Of a stretch of 64,000 bases of DNA, positions 27,940-39,250 are shown one piece after another. The stretch is from contig OY282370.1 in the NCBI GenBank assembly GCA_958295745.1, forward strand, positions 1,295,724 through 1,359,723, given 5' to 3'. Both the position numbers and the translations under genes were made by a program. Positions within the stretch are counted from its first letter, which is position 1. Each line of letters opens with the position of its first letter. The notes beneath the pieces were generated by a model. That model was not told where the DNA came from. It saw only the letters and a list, made by a program, of their open reading frames with translations, and did not search any database. This DNA is from an uncultured Acidimicrobiia bacterium (GTDB taxonomy: Bacteria; Actinomycetota; Acidimicrobiia; Spongiisociales; Spongiisociaceae).

Positions 27940-28173
27940 TTTGGTCACCACTTCGAGGTCGGTCAGGTCGCGGAGCACCAGACGGCGGGAGTGGAGATCG
28001 CCGCGGCGGGCCTTGGTGATGATCTTCTCGACGTAGGGCCGCAGCACCTTGGCCTTGGCGACCGTGGTGGTAATCCGCTCGTCCCAGATCAGGGACTGAG
28101 CCAGGTTGGCCAGCATCGCCTTCTGATGAGCCGGGTCGCCGCCCAGCCGCTTGCCTTTCCTGGGGCGGGGCAT
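27823..28173 (-). CDS. rplQ: 50S ribosomal protein L17
   Basis: [12 protein letters not shown]... The ATG at 28173 overlaps the rpoA stop. Confidence 0.9.
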   Translation of the reverse strand: MPRPRKGKRLGGDPAHQKAMLANLAQSLIWDERITTTVAKAKVLRPYVEKIITKARRGDLHSRRLVLRDLTDLEVVTKLFDEVAPRYNRRPGGYTRIVKLGPRRGDNAEMAQIELV

Positions 28174-29126
28174 CAGCGGTCTTCCCCGTCCCGGGAAGAT
28201 GCGATGCTGAGGCCCAGCTCGTCCAGCTTGGCGATCACCTCCTCGAGGCTCTTCTGTCCGAAGTTGGTGATGTCGAGCAGGTCCTCGCTGGTCCGGCGAA
28301 CCAGGTCCCCGACCGTGTTTATCTCGGCGCGCCGCAGACAATTACGGGGGCGCTCCGAGAGGTCGAGCGTCTCGATAGGCAGGTCGAGATCCTGGGACCC
28401 CCCTTCGTCCACGATCACGTCGCCCAGCTCCAACCCTATGCCTTCGCCTATCTCGGCGAACAAGCCCAGCAGCTCGCAGAGTGTCTTGCCCGCCGAGGAC
28501 ATGGCCTCGTTCGGCCCTATCGAGCCGTCGGTCTCAACATCCACCACCAAGCGGTCGAAGTTGGTCATCTGGCCCACCTGGGTGTTCTCCACCCGATAGG
28601 CCACCTTGCGAACCGGGGAGAAGATCGAGTCGATCGGGATGGTGCCGATCGGATAGTTCTTCTTGTTGTCATCGGCGCTCCGGTAACCCACCCCCTGCTC
28701 GACGGTGAGCTCCATCTGCAGGTCGGCCCCTTCGGACAGGGTGCATATGAGGAGGTCCTTGTTGACGATCTCCACCCCGCTGGGCACATCCAGTTGGTCG
28801 GCGGTGAAGGGCCCGGGCTTGGAAGCCGAAAGATGGAGAACCCTGGGCTCGGTATCGTCCATCCGCACCACCAGCCGCTTGATGTTGAGGATGATGTCCA
28901 CCACATCCTCTTCCACGCCGGGGATGATGGTGAACTCGTGGTGGATGCCCTCGACACTGAGGGACGAAACCGCCGGACCCGGAATGCGGGAGAGCAGCGT
29001 CCGCCGCAGGGTATTGCCGAGCGTATAGCCGAAACCGGGCTCGAGCGGTTCGATCACGAACCTGGAACGAGTCTCGTCGACCTGTTCGGCCTCGATCTGT
29101 GGACGTTGAACGATCAAAGCTTGCAA
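28173..29126 (-). CDS. rpoA: DNA-directed RNA polymerase subunit alpha
   Basis: 317 aa with a typical N-terminal dimerisation domain and C-terminal domain. Confidence 0.95.
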   Translation of the reverse strand: MQALIVQRPQIEAEQVDETRSRFVIEPLEPGFGYTLGNTLRRTLLSRIPGPAVSSLSVEGIHHEFTIIPGVEEDVVDIILNIKRLVVRMDDTEPRVLHLSASKPGPFTADQLDVPSGVEIVNKDLLICTLSEGADLQMELTVEQGVGYRSADDNKKNYPIGTIPIDSIFSPVRKVAYRVENTQVGQMTNFDRLVVDVETDGSIGPNEAMSSAGKTLCELLGLFAEIGEGIGLELGDVIVDEGGSQDLDLPIETLDLSERPRNCLRRAEINTVGDLVRRTSEDLLDITNFGQKSLEEVIAKLDELGLSIASSRDGEDR

Positions 29127-29139
29127 AGCCCTGTCCTCC

Positions 29140-29757
29140 CTATCTCGAATAGAGTTCGACCACCAGCTGTTCCCGCACGGCCGTATCGATCTGGACGCGG
29201 CTCGGAAGGTCGAGTATCTTCACCCGCCGCTCGTCGAGACCCACGTCCAACCATTCGGGAACCCGGCGGTCACCGGCCGTATCGGCCGCATGCCGGATCA
29301 CGATTATATCCCTGGACTTAGACTTTACAGCCACCTCGTCGCCGGCCCGAACCCGATAGGAGGGAATGTCCACCTTGCGGCCGTTGACCCGAAAATGCCC
29401 GTGGTTGACGAGCTGCCGAGCCTGCGGACGGGTCCTTGCCAGTCCGGCCCGGTAGACGACGTTGTCGAGGCGGCATTCGAGCAGCTGCAACAGGTTGTCG
29501 CCGGTGATGCCCCGGCGTCGGGCCGCCTCCTCGTAGTAGCGGCGGAACTGCCGCTCCAACACGCCGTATATCTGGCGGATCTTCTGCTTCTCGCGAAGCT
29601 GATGCAGGTAGTCGGTATCGTTGCTCCGCCGGGACCGGCGGCGTCCATGCTCACCCGGCGGGTAGGGGCGGCGGTCGTAGTACTTCGACTTGTTGTCGTC
29701 GAGCAGCTGGCCCAAGCGCCGGCTCTTCCGCGTGCGCGGACCCAGATAACGCGCCAT
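29140..29757 (-). CDS. rpsD: 30S ribosomal protein S4
   Basis: MARYLGPRTRKSRRLG... Confidence 0.95.
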   Translation of the reverse strand: MARYLGPRTRKSRRLGQLLDDNKSKYYDRRPYPPGEHGRRRSRRSNDTDYLHQLREKQKIRQIYGVLERQFRRYYEEAARRRGITGDNLLQLLECRLDNVVYRAGLARTRPQARQLVNHGHFRVNGRKVDIPSYRVRAGDEVAVKSKSRDIIVIRHAADTAGDRRVPEWLDVGLDERRVKILDLPSRVQIDTAVREQLVVELYSR

Positions 29758-29760
29758 CCT

Positions 29761-30156
29761 TCATCCCCTCCGGCGTTTCTTGGGGCGGCAGCCGTTGTGG
29801 GCCAAGGGGGTCACGTCTTTGATGCCGGCCACCTCGAGGCCCATGTTCTGAAGGGTGCGGACGGCCGTCTCGCGCCCCGCCCCGTTGCCGCTCACGATGA
29901 CTTCGAGCTTGCGGATGCCGTGTTCACCCGCCCGGCGGGACGCCTCCTCGGCGGCCACCTGGGCGGCGTAGGGGGTCGACTTCCGGGAGCCTTTGAACCC
30001 CACCGATCCGCCGGAGGTCCAGACGATGGTGTTGCCCTTCACGTCGGTGATGTTGATGATGGTGTTGTTGAAGCTCGCCTTGATGTGCGCCTGGCCGAAA
30101 GGAATGTTCTTCCGCTCACGGCGGCGGACGCGTTGCTTCTTCTGCTGTCTGGCCAA
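29761..30156 (-). CDS. rpsK: 30S ribosomal protein S11
   Basis: ..[18 protein letters not shown].. Confidence 0.95.
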   Translation of the reverse strand: MARQQKKQRVRRRERKNIPFGQAHIKASFNNTIINITDVKGNTIVWTSGGSVGFKGSRKSTPYAAQVAAEEASRRAGEHGIRKLEVIVSGNGAGRETAVRTLQNMGLEVAGIKDVTPLAHNGCRPKKRRRG

Positions 30157-30165
30157 CCGGCTACC

Positions 30166-30543
30166 TCACTTCTTTATTTTCTTTTGACCGGCAACCGCCA
30201 TGCGCCGGCCCTTGCGGGTGCGGGCATTGGTGTGGGTGCGCTGCCCCCGCACCGGGAGCCCCCGGCGGTGGCGCAGGCCCTGGTAGCAGCCGATCTCCAT
30301 CTTGCGCTTGATGTTCTGCGCCACCACCCGGCGCAGGTCGCCCTCCACCCGAAGATTGGACTGTATGTAGGAGCGGATCCGACTCACCTCGTCGTCGGTG
30401 AGGTCCCGCACCCTGGTGTCGGGGTTCACCCGGGTCTCGCCGCACAAATTGCGGGAGGTGGATATCCCTATGCCGTAGATGTACGTGAGCCCGATCTCGA
30501 CCCGCTTTTCTCGGGGAAGATCGACGCCGGCGATGCGAGCCAT
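30166..30543 (-). CDS. rpsM: 30S ribosomal protein S13
   Basis: [26 protein letters not shown].. Confidence 0.95.
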   Translation of the reverse strand: MARIAGVDLPREKRVEIGLTYIYGIGISTSRNLCGETRVNPDTRVRDLTDDEVSRIRSYIQSNLRVEGDLRRVVAQNIKRKMEIGCYQGLRHRRGLPVRGQRTHTNARTRKGRRMAVAGQKKIKK

Positions 30544-30546
30544 GTA

Positions 30547-30660
30547 TCAGCCCTGCCGCTGGCGGTGGCGGGGGTTGGTGCACACGACCCAGACCCGCCG
30601 GCGACGGCGGATCAGGCGGCAGTTGTCGCACATTTTTTTGGTGGAAGATCGTACTTTCAC
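30547..30660 (-). CDS. rpmJ: 50S ribosomal protein L36
   Basis: GTG start. Protein (V)[36 protein letters not shown]. This short ORF is absent from the supplied track; I found it by reading the 30544-30721 gap. Confidence 0.85.
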   Translation of the reverse strand: MKVRSSTKKMCDNCRLIRRRRRVWVVCTNPRHRQRQG

Positions 30661-30721
30661 CCTGCACCTCGTAGTTGCGGGCACGCGAAATCACCGACGG
30701 GGGCCGGTGAGACAAACCATA

Positions 30722-31495
30722 TTACCCCGCCGGGCGGGCAGACAGCAAGTCGCTCACCGTCATCACCACCGGGCCGTCCCCCGTCAGGGCCACGGTATGC
30801 TCGAAATGGGCCGACCGCCGGCCGTCGGCGGTCACCACCGTCCAGCCGTCGTCCAGGGTGGCGGTGCGGTGGGTTCCCAGGTTGAACATGGGTTCGATGC
30901 ACACCGCCATCCCTCTCTTGAGCCGCTGCCCCTTGCCCGGCGGCCCGTAGTTGGGGACCTGCGGGCTCTCATGCATGGACCGCCCGATGCCGTGGCCCAC
31001 GTAGTCGCGCACCACGCCGTAGCCGTGAGGGGCGGCCGCCTGCTCCACGGCATGGCCGATGTCGCCCACCCTCGCCCCCTCCTGCACCTGGTCGATGCCC
31101 GCCCAGAGAGCCCGGCGGGTGACCTCCAGCAAACGGGCCGACTCTTCGTCGATGCCGCCGATGCCGAAGGTCAGGGCGCCGTCACCGTGGTAGCCCTCGT
31201 AGACGGCCCCGGCGTCGATGGAGAGGATGTCGCCCCGGCCCAGCCGGTAGCCGCCCGGTATCCCATGGACTACCACCTCGTTGGGCGAGGCGCAGATGTG
31301 GGCGGGGAAGGACCGGTATCCGAGGAAGGAAGGCCGGCAGCCCCTCGACCGTATGACATCCGCCGCGATCTCGTCCAGCTCCCGCAGGGTCACCCCCACG
31401 TCCGCAGCTTCCACCACCGCCTCGTGGACGGCCGCCACACAGGCCCCCGCCATCGCCATCTTCCGGAACTCGCGCTCGTTCTTGATCGTGATCAC
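30722..31495 (-). CDS. map: Type I methionine aminopeptidase
   Basis: Metal-binding D..D..H..E..E pattern and an ..AHFEHTVAL.. motif. Confidence 0.9.
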   Translation of the reverse strand: MITIKNEREFRKMAMAGACVAAVHEAVVEAADVGVTLRELDEIAADVIRSRGCRPSFLGYRSFPAHICASPNEVVVHGIPGGYRLGRGDILSIDAGAVYEGYHGDGALTFGIGGIDEESARLLEVTRRALWAGIDQVQEGARVGDIGHAVEQAAAPHGYGVVRDYVGHGIGRSMHESPQVPNYGPPGKGQRLKRGMAVCIEPMFNLGTHRTATLDDGWTVVTADGRRSAHFEHTVALTGDGPVVMTVSDLLSARPAG

Positions 31496-31511
31496 AGGGC
31501 CTCGGCGGTGG

Positions 31512-32039
31512 TCACAGCGCGGCGAGGATGCGGCGGGTGATGGTTGCTATCTCGCCCTCGCCCGGCACCCTCACCACGATGCCGCGGGCCTGGTAGAAAT
31601 CAATCAGCGGGGCGGTCTCCTTCTCGTAGGTGACCAGGCGGTTCCTCACCGTTTCCTCGGTGTCGTCGGCCCGGCCGCGGGCCAGCATCCGTTCCACCAG
31701 GACCTCCTCGGAGGCCTCCAGCACCACCGCCGCGTCCAAGGCTTCCGGGCCTACGGCCTCGTCCAGCGCCAAGGCCTGCGGGCGGGTGCGCGGGAAGCCG
31801 TCGAGGATGTATCCGTTCGCATCGAGCCGGGGGGTGAGCATCTCGACGGTGAGGGAGTCGGGAACCAGGCCGCCTAGGGCGATGATCCGCTTCACCCGCT
31901 TCCCCAAGGGGGTTCCTTCCGCCATGTGGCGGCGGAACATGTCCCCGGTGGAGATGTGGGTCAGGCCCTTGGCGGCCGCCACCTTCTGCGCCTGCGTTCC
32001 TTTTCCCGCCCCCGGAGGCCCCAGGAACAGGAGCTTCAT
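31512..32039 (-). CDS. adk: Adenylate kinase
   Basis: MKLLFLGPPGAGKGTQA P-loop. The ATG at 32039 overlaps the secY stop. Confidence 0.9.
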   Translation of the reverse strand: MKLLFLGPPGAGKGTQAQKVAAAKGLTHISTGDMFRRHMAEGTPLGKRVKRIIALGGLVPDSLTVEMLTPRLDANGYILDGFPRTRPQALALDEAVGPEALDAAVVLEASEEVLVERMLARGRADDTEETVRNRLVTYEKETAPLIDFYQARGIVVRVPGEGEIATITRRILAAL

Positions 32040-33358
32040 ACCAGGAAGCCCTCGTAGTTGCGCATGGTGAGCTGACTCTCGATCTGCTTCATGGTCTCCA
32101 GGGCCACTCCCACCACGATGAGGATGGACACTCCGGAGAACCCCACCGGGATGGCCCACACGGCCGAGGCGATGGCGGGCAGGATCGAGATCATCCCCAG
32201 GAATATGGCGCCCGGGAGGGTGATGCGGTTGAGGATCCTCCCCAGGTAGCGGGCTGTCTGCTGGCCGGGCCGCTGGCCGGGGATGAACCCGCCCTGGCGC
32301 TGGATCATCTCCGACTGCCGCACCGGGTCGAACTGGATGGCGGTGTAGAAGTAGGTGAAGAACACGATCAGGAAGAACAACACGGCGATGTACAGCCAGC
32401 TGGTGGCCCCGCTCGCATATCCGGAGGGGGCCAGGTGCACGTTGATGAACTCCCGCACCGTGGAGAAGAACCCTTCGGTGCTGGGAATGGAAGTGGAGAT
32501 CAACACCGGGAAGAACAGGATCGAGGTGGCGAAGATCACCGGGATGACCCCCGCCATGTTGATCTTGAGCGGGATGTAGGTGCTCTGGCCGCCCATCACC
32601 CGGCGACCCCGTATCCGCTTGGCGAACTGGATGGGGATGCGCCGCTGGCCCTGCTCCACGTAGATGATCCCCACGATCATGGCCACGAACAGCAGGATGA
32701 TGAAAACGAAGATGGCCGCCCGGCCGGCCGGCACCGTGTACTGCCATATCAGCGTGAATTGGCTGGGCATGGCGGCGACGATGCTGATGAAGATGAGCAA
32801 CGACATTCCGTTGCCCACCCCGCGCTGGGTGATCAGCTCGCCCAGCCACATCACGAAGGCCGTCCCGGCGGTCATGGTCACCACCATCAACACCACCCGG
32901 GTGGGCGTGTAGTCCTCGATCAGCACCACCCCGCCGGTGAAGCTGCTGCCCCGGCTGAACAGGTAGGTGATCCCGGTGGACTGGAGGAGGGCCAGCACCA
33001 CCGTAACGATGCGGGTCCATTTGACGATGACCGCCCGGCCGGACTCCCCTTCGTCTTGGAGCTTCTGGAGACGCGGGATCACCACCGACAGGAGCTGCAT
33101 GATGATGCTGGCGGTGATGTAGGGAAGGATGCCCAGGCTGAACACCGACAGGTTCTCCAAAGCGTTGCCCGAGAACAGGTTGAGCAGACCGAAGGCGCCC
33201 CCCTGCTGCTGGCCCGCCAAGGCGTCGAGCCTGTCCAGCTCGATGCCCGGCACCGGGACCGCCGCCCCCAGCCGGTAGATGGCGAAGATGAGCAGGGTAT
33301 AGAGTATCTTGCCCCGCAGGTCGGGGATCTTGAACATGTAGCGGTATACGTTCAGCAT
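32036..33358 (-). CDS. secY: Preprotein translocase subunit SecY
   Basis: 440 aa with 10 TM helices and a typical SecY sequence. Confidence 0.95.
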   Translation of the reverse strand: MLNVYRYMFKIPDLRGKILYTLLIFAIYRLGAAVPVPGIELDRLDALAGQQQGGAFGLLNLFSGNALENLSVFSLGILPYITASIIMQLLSVVIPRLQKLQDEGESGRAVIVKWTRIVTVVLALLQSTGITYLFSRGSSFTGGVVLIEDYTPTRVVLMVVTMTAGTAFVMWLGELITQRGVGNGMSLLIFISIVAAMPSQFTLIWQYTVPAGRAAIFVFIILLFVAMIVGIIYVEQGQRRIPIQFAKRIRGRRVMGGQSTYIPLKINMAGVIPVIFATSILFFPVLISTSIPSTEGFFSTVREFINVHLAPSGYASGATSWLYIAVLFFLIVFFTYFYTAIQFDPVRQSEMIQRQGGFIPGQRPGQQTARYLGRILNRITLPGAIFLGMISILPAIASAVWAIPVGFSGVSILIVVGVALETMKQIESQLTMRNYEGFLV

Positions 33359-33367
33359 CTCACTCGT

Positions 33368-33817
33368 TCACCCGGCGGCTTGGCACGATCCGCCCGCCGC
33401 CTCGATCTTCTCCCGGGCGGAGCGGCTGAAAGCGTGGGCCTCGACCATCAAGGCCTTGTCGATCTCGCCCCGCCCCAGCACCTTGACCTTCCCGCGCTTG
33501 CGCACCAGGCCCTTCTGTCGGAGTTCATCGAGCGAGACGACGGAACCTTCGTCGAATATCCCCAGGCTGTCGACGTTCACGACCGTGAACTCCTCCCGGT
33601 TGTGAGGTTTGAACCCGCGCAGTTTGGGGATGCGGGCCTGGAGGGGAGTCTGGCCGCCCTCGAAGCCCGGTCGGACCGAGCGGCGGGCCTTCAGGCCCTT
33701 GGTGCCGCGCCCGGCGGTCTTTCCGCGCCGTCCGGCCTCGCCGCGCCCGACGCGGACCTTTTTCCGCTTCGAACCCTCGGCGGGCCGCAGATGATGGAGC
33801 TTCAACGGGGCGGTCAT
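33368..33817 (-). CDS. rplO: 50S ribosomal protein L15
   Basis: ..GRGEAGRRGKTAGRGTKG.. Confidence 0.9.
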   Translation of the reverse strand: MTAPLKLHHLRPAEGSKRKKVRVGRGEAGRRGKTAGRGTKGLKARRSVRPGFEGGQTPLQARIPKLRGFKPHNREEFTVVNVDSLGIFDEGSVVSLDELRQKGLVRKRGKVKVLGRGEIDKALMVEAHAFSRSAREKIEAAGGSCQAAG

Positions 33818-33999
33818 GCTTCCTCCACCTCCACCAGGTGACGAACCCGATGGACCATACCCCGGATGTCGGGGGTGTCGGAATGCTCCACCGAGGCGTG
33901 CAGCTTGCGCAACCCCAGACCGCGGACCGTGGCCCGGGTCTTCGGCTTCTGGCCGATCAGGCTCTTGCGCAGGGTGATCCGTATCCTCGATCCCGTCAT
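33814..33999 (-). CDS. rpmD: 50S ribosomal protein L30
   Basis: 61 aa, ..IRITLRKSLIG.. Confidence 0.9.
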   Translation of the reverse strand: MTGSRIRITLRKSLIGQKPKTRATVRGLGLRKLHASVEHSDTPDIRGMVHRVRHLVEVEEA

Positions 34000-34002
34000 C
34001 GC

Positions 34003-34563
34003 CTATCCCCTGGTCATCTCGGTGGAGCGGTAGGCGGCCAGCAACCCCGGGGGGGTGATCTGCTCGGGCGTCTTGCCTCTGGCCCGCGCCACCTCCTCGG
34101 GGCGCCGCTGGGATTGGAGGCCGCTCACCGTCGCCCGGGCCACGTTGAGATGGGTGGGCGCGCCCAGGGACTTTGCCAGGGCGTCGCGCACCCCGGCCAC
34201 CTCGAGGATCTGGCGGACGGCGCCGCCCGCGATCACCCCGGTCCCGGGGGAGGCGGGCTTCAGGAGCACCCGCGAGGCACCGTGGCGGCCGATCACCTGA
34301 TGGATCAGGGTCGTGCCGGCCATCGGCACCGTGAACATCGTTTTGCGGGCCGACTCGAGCGCCTTCTGGATGGCGGTGGGCACCTCCTTGGCCTTGCCGT
34401 AACCGATCCCCACCCGGCCCTTGCCGTCCCCGAGCGCCACGAGGGCCGTGAAGGAGAACCTTCGGCCTCCCTTGCTGACCTTCGCCACACGGTTGATCTC
34501 GATCACCCGCTCGTCGTATTGCGGCCCTGAGTCCGCGCCGCCGTCTCGTCTCCTAGAAGTCAA
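34003..34563 (-). CDS. rpsE: 30S ribosomal protein S5
   Basis: ..[19 protein letters not shown].. and other conserved S5 stretches. Confidence 0.9.
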   Translation of the reverse strand: MTSRRRDGGADSGPQYDERVIEINRVAKVSKGGRRFSFTALVALGDGKGRVGIGYGKAKEVPTAIQKALESARKTMFTVPMAGTTLIHQVIGRHGASRVLLKPASPGTGVIAGGAVRQILEVAGVRDALAKSLGAPTHLNVARATVSGLQSQRRPEEVARARGKTPEQITPPGLLAAYRSTEMTRG

Positions 34564-34909
34564 GTCCGCCCTCCCTCGCTGCTTCTGCCAAAGCCTTGAC
34601 CCGCCCGTGGTAGGGATGGCCTCCGCGGTCGAAAACCACCCCGGTCACCCCCGCCTCGGCCGCCCGGCCCGCGATGAGCCGGCCCACCTCCGCCGCCGAG
34701 CCGGCGGTCAGGGTACCGGAACGGAGGTCCCGCTCCTGCGACGAGGCAGAGGCCAGGGTGCGGCCGGCCGCGTCGTCTATGACTTGGGCGTATATGTAAC
34801 GATTGCTGCGGAACACGGCCAAGCGAGGCCGGGCGGCGGTTCCGTTCAACCTCTTCCGAATCCGTCTGTGGCGGCGGATCCGTCCCCGGGCGCGGGCGCC
34901 GCCGCTCAT
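34553..34909 (-). CDS. rplR: 50S ribosomal protein L18
   Basis: ..[20 protein letters not shown].. Confidence 0.9.
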   Translation of the reverse strand: MSGGARARGRIRRHRRIRKRLNGTAARPRLAVFRSNRYIYAQVIDDAAGRTLASASSQERDLRSGTLTAGSAAEVGRLIAGRAAEAGVTGVVFDRGGHPYHGRVKALAEAAREGGLDF

Positions 34910-35454
34910 CTCACCGCCCCCACCCCGGCCTTGCCGCTCTTGCGCCGGACGTGCTCGTTCTCGTAGCGGATGCCCTTGCCCTTGTACGGCTCGGGCGGGC
35001 GGACCCGGCGGATCTCGGCTGCTACCTGGCCTACCAGCTCCTTGTCGATGCCCTTGACAACGATGGTGGAGGCGTCAGGAACCTCGAACTCCACCCCGTC
35101 CACCGCCGGGACGGGGACGCTGTGGCTGAACCCCACCTGCAGCTCCAGCCCGCCGCCCCTGGGCAGGACCCGGTACCCCACCCCCACGATCTTGAGGGTC
35201 TTGCTGTAACCCTCGGCAACCCCGATGACCATGTTGTTCACCAAGGCCCTGGCCAACCCGTGATAGGCGCGGCTGCGGCGCTCGTCGTTCACCCGGGTAA
35301 CCACGCATTCCCTATCCACCACCTCGACCTTCACCCGGCCGCCGAAGGTGCGGCGCAGCGTTCCCTTTGGCCCGTCCACGGTCACGTCTCCCCCGGATAC
35401 GGCCACCTTCACACCGTCCGGCAGGGGGATAGGGATCTTTCCTATGCGGCTCAT
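34906..35454 (-). CDS. rplF: 50S ribosomal protein L6
   Basis: [17 protein letters not shown]... ATG at 35454. Confidence 0.9.
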   Translation of the reverse strand: MSRIGKIPIPLPDGVKVAVSGGDVTVDGPKGTLRRTFGGRVKVEVVDRECVVTRVNDERRSRAYHGLARALVNNMVIGVAEGYSKTLKIVGVGYRVLPRGGGLELQVGFSHSVPVPAVDGVEFEVPDASTIVVKGIDKELVGQVAAEIRRVRPPEPYKGKGIRYENEHVRRKSGKAGVGAVR

Positions 35455-35456
35455 GC

Positions 35457-35858
35457 TCACCAGACCTCGCACATCAGCTCGCCGCCCAGCCGCCGCCGGC
35501 GCGCCTCTCGGTCGGGCAACAGCCCCTGGGATGTGGAGACGATCACGGTTCCCAGCCCTCCCTGCGACCGGGGGAGCTCGTCGGCGCCCTTGTATATCCG
35601 GCGGCCCGGGCGGGATATCCGCCGCAGGCCATGGATGATCGGATCGCGGTTGCCTTTGCCCGAGAACTTCAGGCGGATGGTCAGCTCGGTTCCGCGGACG
35701 GCCGGGGCTACGTCATATCCTTCGACGTAACCTTCGGACGCCAAGAGCTTGACGATCTGCTCCTTGAGCTTCGACGAAGGCATCGAGGCCGTGGACCGCA
35801 GGGCCATGTTGGCGTTGCGGATCCGGGTCAGCATGTCGGCGATCGGGTCGGTCATCAT
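35457..35858 (-). CDS. rpsH: 30S ribosomal protein S8
   Basis: MMTDPIADMLTRIRNAN... ATG at 35858 (or 35855). Confidence 0.9.
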   Translation of the reverse strand: MMTDPIADMLTRIRNANMALRSTASMPSSKLKEQIVKLLASEGYVEGYDVAPAVRGTELTIRLKFSGKGNRDPIIHGLRRISRPGRRIYKGADELPRSQGGLGTVIVSTSQGLLPDREARRRRLGGELMCEVW

Positions 35859-35872
35859 GGTCTTTTCACCGC

Positions 35873-36178
35873 CTACCAGGAGGCTTTCATCACGCCGGGC
35901 AACTCCCCTCGGTGGGAGAGCTCCCGCACCGCGATGCGGGACATGCCGAATTTGCGCAGGAAGCCCCTGGGGCGGCCGGTGATCCCGCACCGGTTCCTGT
36001 AACGGGTGGAACTGGCGTCGCGGGGCATCTTGGCGATGGCCGCATAGGCCTCCCGCTTGGCCTCCAGGGTGGTCGAGGGATCCTTGATGACGGCGATCAG
36101 CTCGGCCCGCTGCTCGCGGTAGCGCTCGACCGTCTCCCCCCGGCGCTTGTTCTTGGCGATCATCGATTTCTTGGCCAT
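35873..36178 (-). CDS. rpsN: 30S ribosomal protein S14 (long, non-zinc type, 101 aa)
   Basis: Ends ..[11 protein letters not shown]. Confidence 0.9.
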   Translation of the reverse strand: MAKKSMIAKNKRRGETVERYREQRAELIAVIKDPSTTLEAKREAYAAIAKMPRDASSTRYRNRCGITGRPRGFLRKFGMSRIAVRELSHRGELPGVMKASW

Positions 36179-36225
36179 ATCTTCATCCAGTCGTTTCTTC
36201 GTCGGTCTTCATCCGGTCGGTCTCA

Positions 36226-36813
36226 TCAGATCTGGGGCGCAATTTGCCGGAACGGGAAACCAAACGCTTCCAGCAGGGCCTTGGCGCCTTCGTCATCGGC
36301 GGAGGTGGTGCAGATGGTGATGTCCATACCGCGCACCGCCGTTACCTTGTCGTAATCGATCTCGGGGAAGATGAGCTGCTCGCTCACCCCGAAGCTGTAG
36401 TTCCCGCGCCCGTCGAAAGCCGTCGGGCTGAGGCCTCGGAAGTCCCGTATGCGGGGAATGGATATGGTAATCAACCTGTCCAGGAACTCCCAGGCCCGGT
36501 CGCCCCGCATGGTCGCCGAGCAACCCACCGGGTTGCCGGCCCGCAGCTTGAAACCGGCGATCGACCGCCGGGCCCGGTTGAGGCGGGGCTTCTGGCCGGT
36601 GATGGTGGCCAGGTCCTCGATGGCGGATCTGATCTGCTTGGCGTCGCCCGCCGCTTCGCCCACCCCCATGTTCACCACGATCTTGTCCAGGGTGGGCGCC
36701 AGCATGGGGTTGCCGAGGTCGAGGTCTTCCAAGAGGCGCCGGTGAACGGAGTCGCGGTACTGCCGCTTGAGGCGGGGAACGCCCGCTCCTTCCGAATTCT
36801 CGGCCCCGCTCAT
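36226..36813 (-). CDS. rplE: 50S ribosomal protein L5
   Basis: ..[23 protein letters not shown].. Confidence 0.9.
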   Translation of the reverse strand: MSGAENSEGAGVPRLKRQYRDSVHRRLLEDLDLGNPMLAPTLDKIVVNMGVGEAAGDAKQIRSAIEDLATITGQKPRLNRARRSIAGFKLRAGNPVGCSATMRGDRAWEFLDRLITISIPRIRDFRGLSPTAFDGRGNYSFGVSEQLIFPEIDYDKVTAVRGMDITICTTSADDEGAKALLEAFGFPFRQIAPQI

Positions 36814-36826
36814 GCCCCGCCCCTAT

Positions 36827-37132
36827 TCATACCTCGCCCCCGCACTTGGCGCAGCGCCGATACTTGCGGCCCGCCTCGTTGAAGGCGGCCCCCACCCGCA
36901 CCGGCCCGCACTCGCCGCACATCAGCATGACATTGGAGATGTGGACGGGCATGTCCTTGTCGATGATGCCCGCCTGGAGGGTCCGGCCCCGGGCCTTCTG
37001 ATGGCGCTTGGCGGTGTTGATGTTCTCTACGATCACTTTGCTCTGGCGCGGGAGCACCCGGGCCACCCTGGATTCACGCCCCCGGTCCTTGCCGGAGATG
37101 ATCATGACCCTATCGCCCTCCCGGATGGCCAT
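36827..37132 (-). CDS. rplX: 50S ribosomal protein L24
   Basis: [18 protein letters not shown] (KOW motif). Confidence 0.9.
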   Translation of the reverse strand: MAIREGDRVMIISGKDRGRESRVARVLPRQSKVIVENINTAKRHQKARGRTLQAGIIDKDMPVHISNVMLMCGECGPVRVGAAFNEAGRKYRRCAKCGGEV

Positions 37133-37500
37133 CAGATGACCTCCGGCGCCAGGGAGACGATGCGCATGAAGCGCCGCTCCCGCAGCTCACGGGCCACCGG
37201 GCCGAAGATGCGGGTGCCGCGGGGCAACCGGTTCTCGTTGATGATCACGCACGCATTGTCGTCGAAGCGGATGTAGGTGCCGTCCCGGCGGCGCTGCTCC
37301 TTGGCGGTCCGCACCACCACTGCCTTGACCACCTCGCCCTTCTTGACCGCCGCGCCCGGGTTGGCCTGCTTGACGGTGGCCACGATCACGTCCCCGATGC
37401 GGGCGTAACGGCGGCGCGACCCGCCCAACACCCGGATGCACAGCACCACGCGGGCGCCGCTGTTGTCCGCCACCTTGAGGCGGGATTCCTGCTGGATCAT
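37132..37500 (-). CDS. rplN: 50S ribosomal protein L14
   Basis: [17 protein letters not shown]... ATG at 37500. Confidence 0.9.
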   Translation of the reverse strand: MIQQESRLKVADNSGARVVLCIRVLGGSRRRYARIGDVIVATVKQANPGAAVKKGEVVKAVVVRTAKEQRRRDGTYIRFDDNACVIINENRLPRGTRIFGPVARELRERRFMRIVSLAPEVI

Positions 37501-37754
37501 CGCGCCCGCTCCAACACCTCGACCAGCCGCCACCGCTTGGTCTTCGAGATCGGCCGGGTCTCCATGATCAACACCCGGTCACCGATGCGGGCGTCGTCGC
37601 GCTCGTCGTGCACGTGCACCTTGCGGGCGGTGCGCACGATCTTGTCGTAACGCGGATGGCGGAAGGCGCGCTCGATCCGCACCGTCACCGTCCGGCGGCG
37701 GGCGTCCGAGACCACCACCCCTACCCGGCTCTTGCGACGGGAGCGTTCAGCCAC
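37497..37754 (-). CDS. rpsQ: 30S ribosomal protein S17
   Basis: ..[20 protein letters not shown].. Confidence 0.9.
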   Translation of the reverse strand: MAERSRRKSRVGVVVSDARRRTVTVRIERAFRHPRYDKIVRTARKVHVHDERDDARIGDRVLIMETRPISKTKRWRLVEVLERAR

Positions 37755-37950
37755 TTCGCACCTCCTGATCCTGCTCGTGCATGACGGTCTTTATCCGGGC
37801 GATGCGGCGGCGCAGGGTGCCCAAGGAGGCAGTGTCCTCGGATTGGCTCACCGCCAGCTGAAATCGGAGATTGAACAGCTCCTCCTTGGTGTCGTCCAGC
37901 AGCTCGGCCAGCTCGGCGGGCGTGAGGTCGCGCATCTCCGAGGCCCTCAT
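37747..37950 (-). CDS. rpmC: 50S ribosomal protein L29
   Basis: ..[13 protein letters not shown].. Confidence 0.9.
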   Translation of the reverse strand: MRASEMRDLTPAELAELLDDTKEELFNLRFQLAVSQSEDTASLGTLRRRIARIKTVMHEQDQEVRSG

Positions 37951-38363
37951 GAGATCTCCCTGGTGACGAATTTGGTCTTGATCGGGAGCTTGTGCCCCGC
38001 CTTGCGGATGGCCTCCCTGGCCAGGTCCTCGGTCACCCCCGACAGCTCCATCATCACCCGGCCCGGCTTGACCACCGCCACCCAGAATTCAGGGTTGCCC
38101 TTGCCCGAACCCATACGCGTCTCGGCGGGCTTGGCGGTCATGGGCTTGTCGGGGAAGATGTTGATCCACACCTTGCCGCCCCTCCGCACCGTCCTGGTGA
38201 TGGCGATACGGGCCGATTCGATCTGGCGGGCGGTGATATGGCCCGGCTCGAGGGCCTGGATGCCGTAGTCGCCGAAGGTAACCGACGTGCCGCCCTTGGC
38301 ATAGCCCCTCATGCGGCCCCGATGCACCTTGCGGTACTTGGTGCGCTTCGGCATCAACATCAT
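37947..38363 (-). CDS. rplP: 50S ribosomal protein L16
   Basis: [20 protein letters not shown]... ATGA overlap with the rpsC stop. Confidence 0.9.
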   Translation of the reverse strand: MMLMPKRTKYRKVHRGRMRGYAKGGTSVTFGDYGIQALEPGHITARQIESARIAITRTVRRGGKVWINIFPDKPMTAKPAETRMGSGKGNPEFWVAVVKPGRVMMELSGVTEDLAREAIRKAGHKLPIKTKFVTREIS

Positions 38364-39250
38364 TTCTCCTCGCCGGCGGGGCTTGGGGGTTTGGACGAGT
38401 CGGCTTCGGCGCGGGCGGTGTCGTAGACCGACTTGGCCTCCGCGGCGGAGATCTTGCGGCCGCCCCCGGCCTCGATGATCCGCTTCCCTCCTCCGGCCTC
38501 GATGACCCGGGGCGCGCGGCGCCCGCCGGCCCGCTGCTCGGCGCGGCTCTTGGCGGGGGTCATGCGCCCGCCGGTGGCCAGGGCGGCCTCGGCGGCGATC
38601 TTCTCGCGGGTGGTCTTGAGGGAGGCCACCACATCGCCTTTGTAAACCCATACCTTCACCCCGATCGTCCCCACCGAGGTGGCGGCGGCGGCTTGGCCGT
38701 AATCTATGTCGGCGCGGAGGGTATGGAGCGGCACCCTGCCCTCGCGGTACCACTCCCGCCGGCACATGTCGGCGCCGCCCAGGCGACCCGAGCACTCGAC
38801 CCGCACCCCTTCGGCGCCTGCCTTGAGGGCGGTCTGTACGGTCCGCCTCATGGCCCGCCGGAAGGCCACCCGGTTTTCCAGCTGGTCGGCCACCCCTCGG
38901 GCCAGCACCTGGGCGTCGGTCTCCGGATCCTTGACCTCGATGACGTTGAGCTTGACCCGGCGGCCGGTCATGTTTTCGATGCCGCTGCGGATGCGCTCGG
39001 CTTCGGCGCCCTTGCGCCCGATCACCGCCCCGGGCCGGGCGGTGTGGACATCCACCTGGAGGCTGTCCCTCGTGCGCTCCATGTCCACCCGCGACACCGC
39101 GCCCCGCTTCAGCTCGCGGCGCAGGTAGTCGCGGATGCGGTAGTCCTCGTTGGCGAGGGCCGTGTAGTCCTTCTCCGAGTACCAGCGGGATTTCCATTCG
39201 GTGACGATCCCGAGCCGGAACCCGTAGGGGTGTGTCTTCTGGCCCATCAT
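38360..39250 (-). CDS. rpsC: 30S ribosomal protein S3 (about 296 aa, with a low-complexity C-terminal extension)
   Basis: [14 protein letters not shown]..., GGGAGGA upstream. The C-terminal tail carries [16 protein letters not shown] repeats. Confidence 0.9.
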   Translation of the reverse strand: MMGQKTHPYGFRLGIVTEWKSRWYSEKDYTALANEDYRIRDYLRRELKRGAVSRVDMERTRDSLQVDVHTARPGAVIGRKGAEAERIRSGIENMTGRRVKLNVIEVKDPETDAQVLARGVADQLENRVAFRRAMRRTVQTALKAGAEGVRVECSGRLGGADMCRREWYREGRVPLHTLRADIDYGQAAAATSVGTIGVKVWVYKGDVVASLKTTREKIAAEAALATGGRMTPAKSRAEQRAGGRRAPRVIEAGGGKRIIEAGGGRKISAAEAKSVYDTARAEADSSKPPSPAGEEK

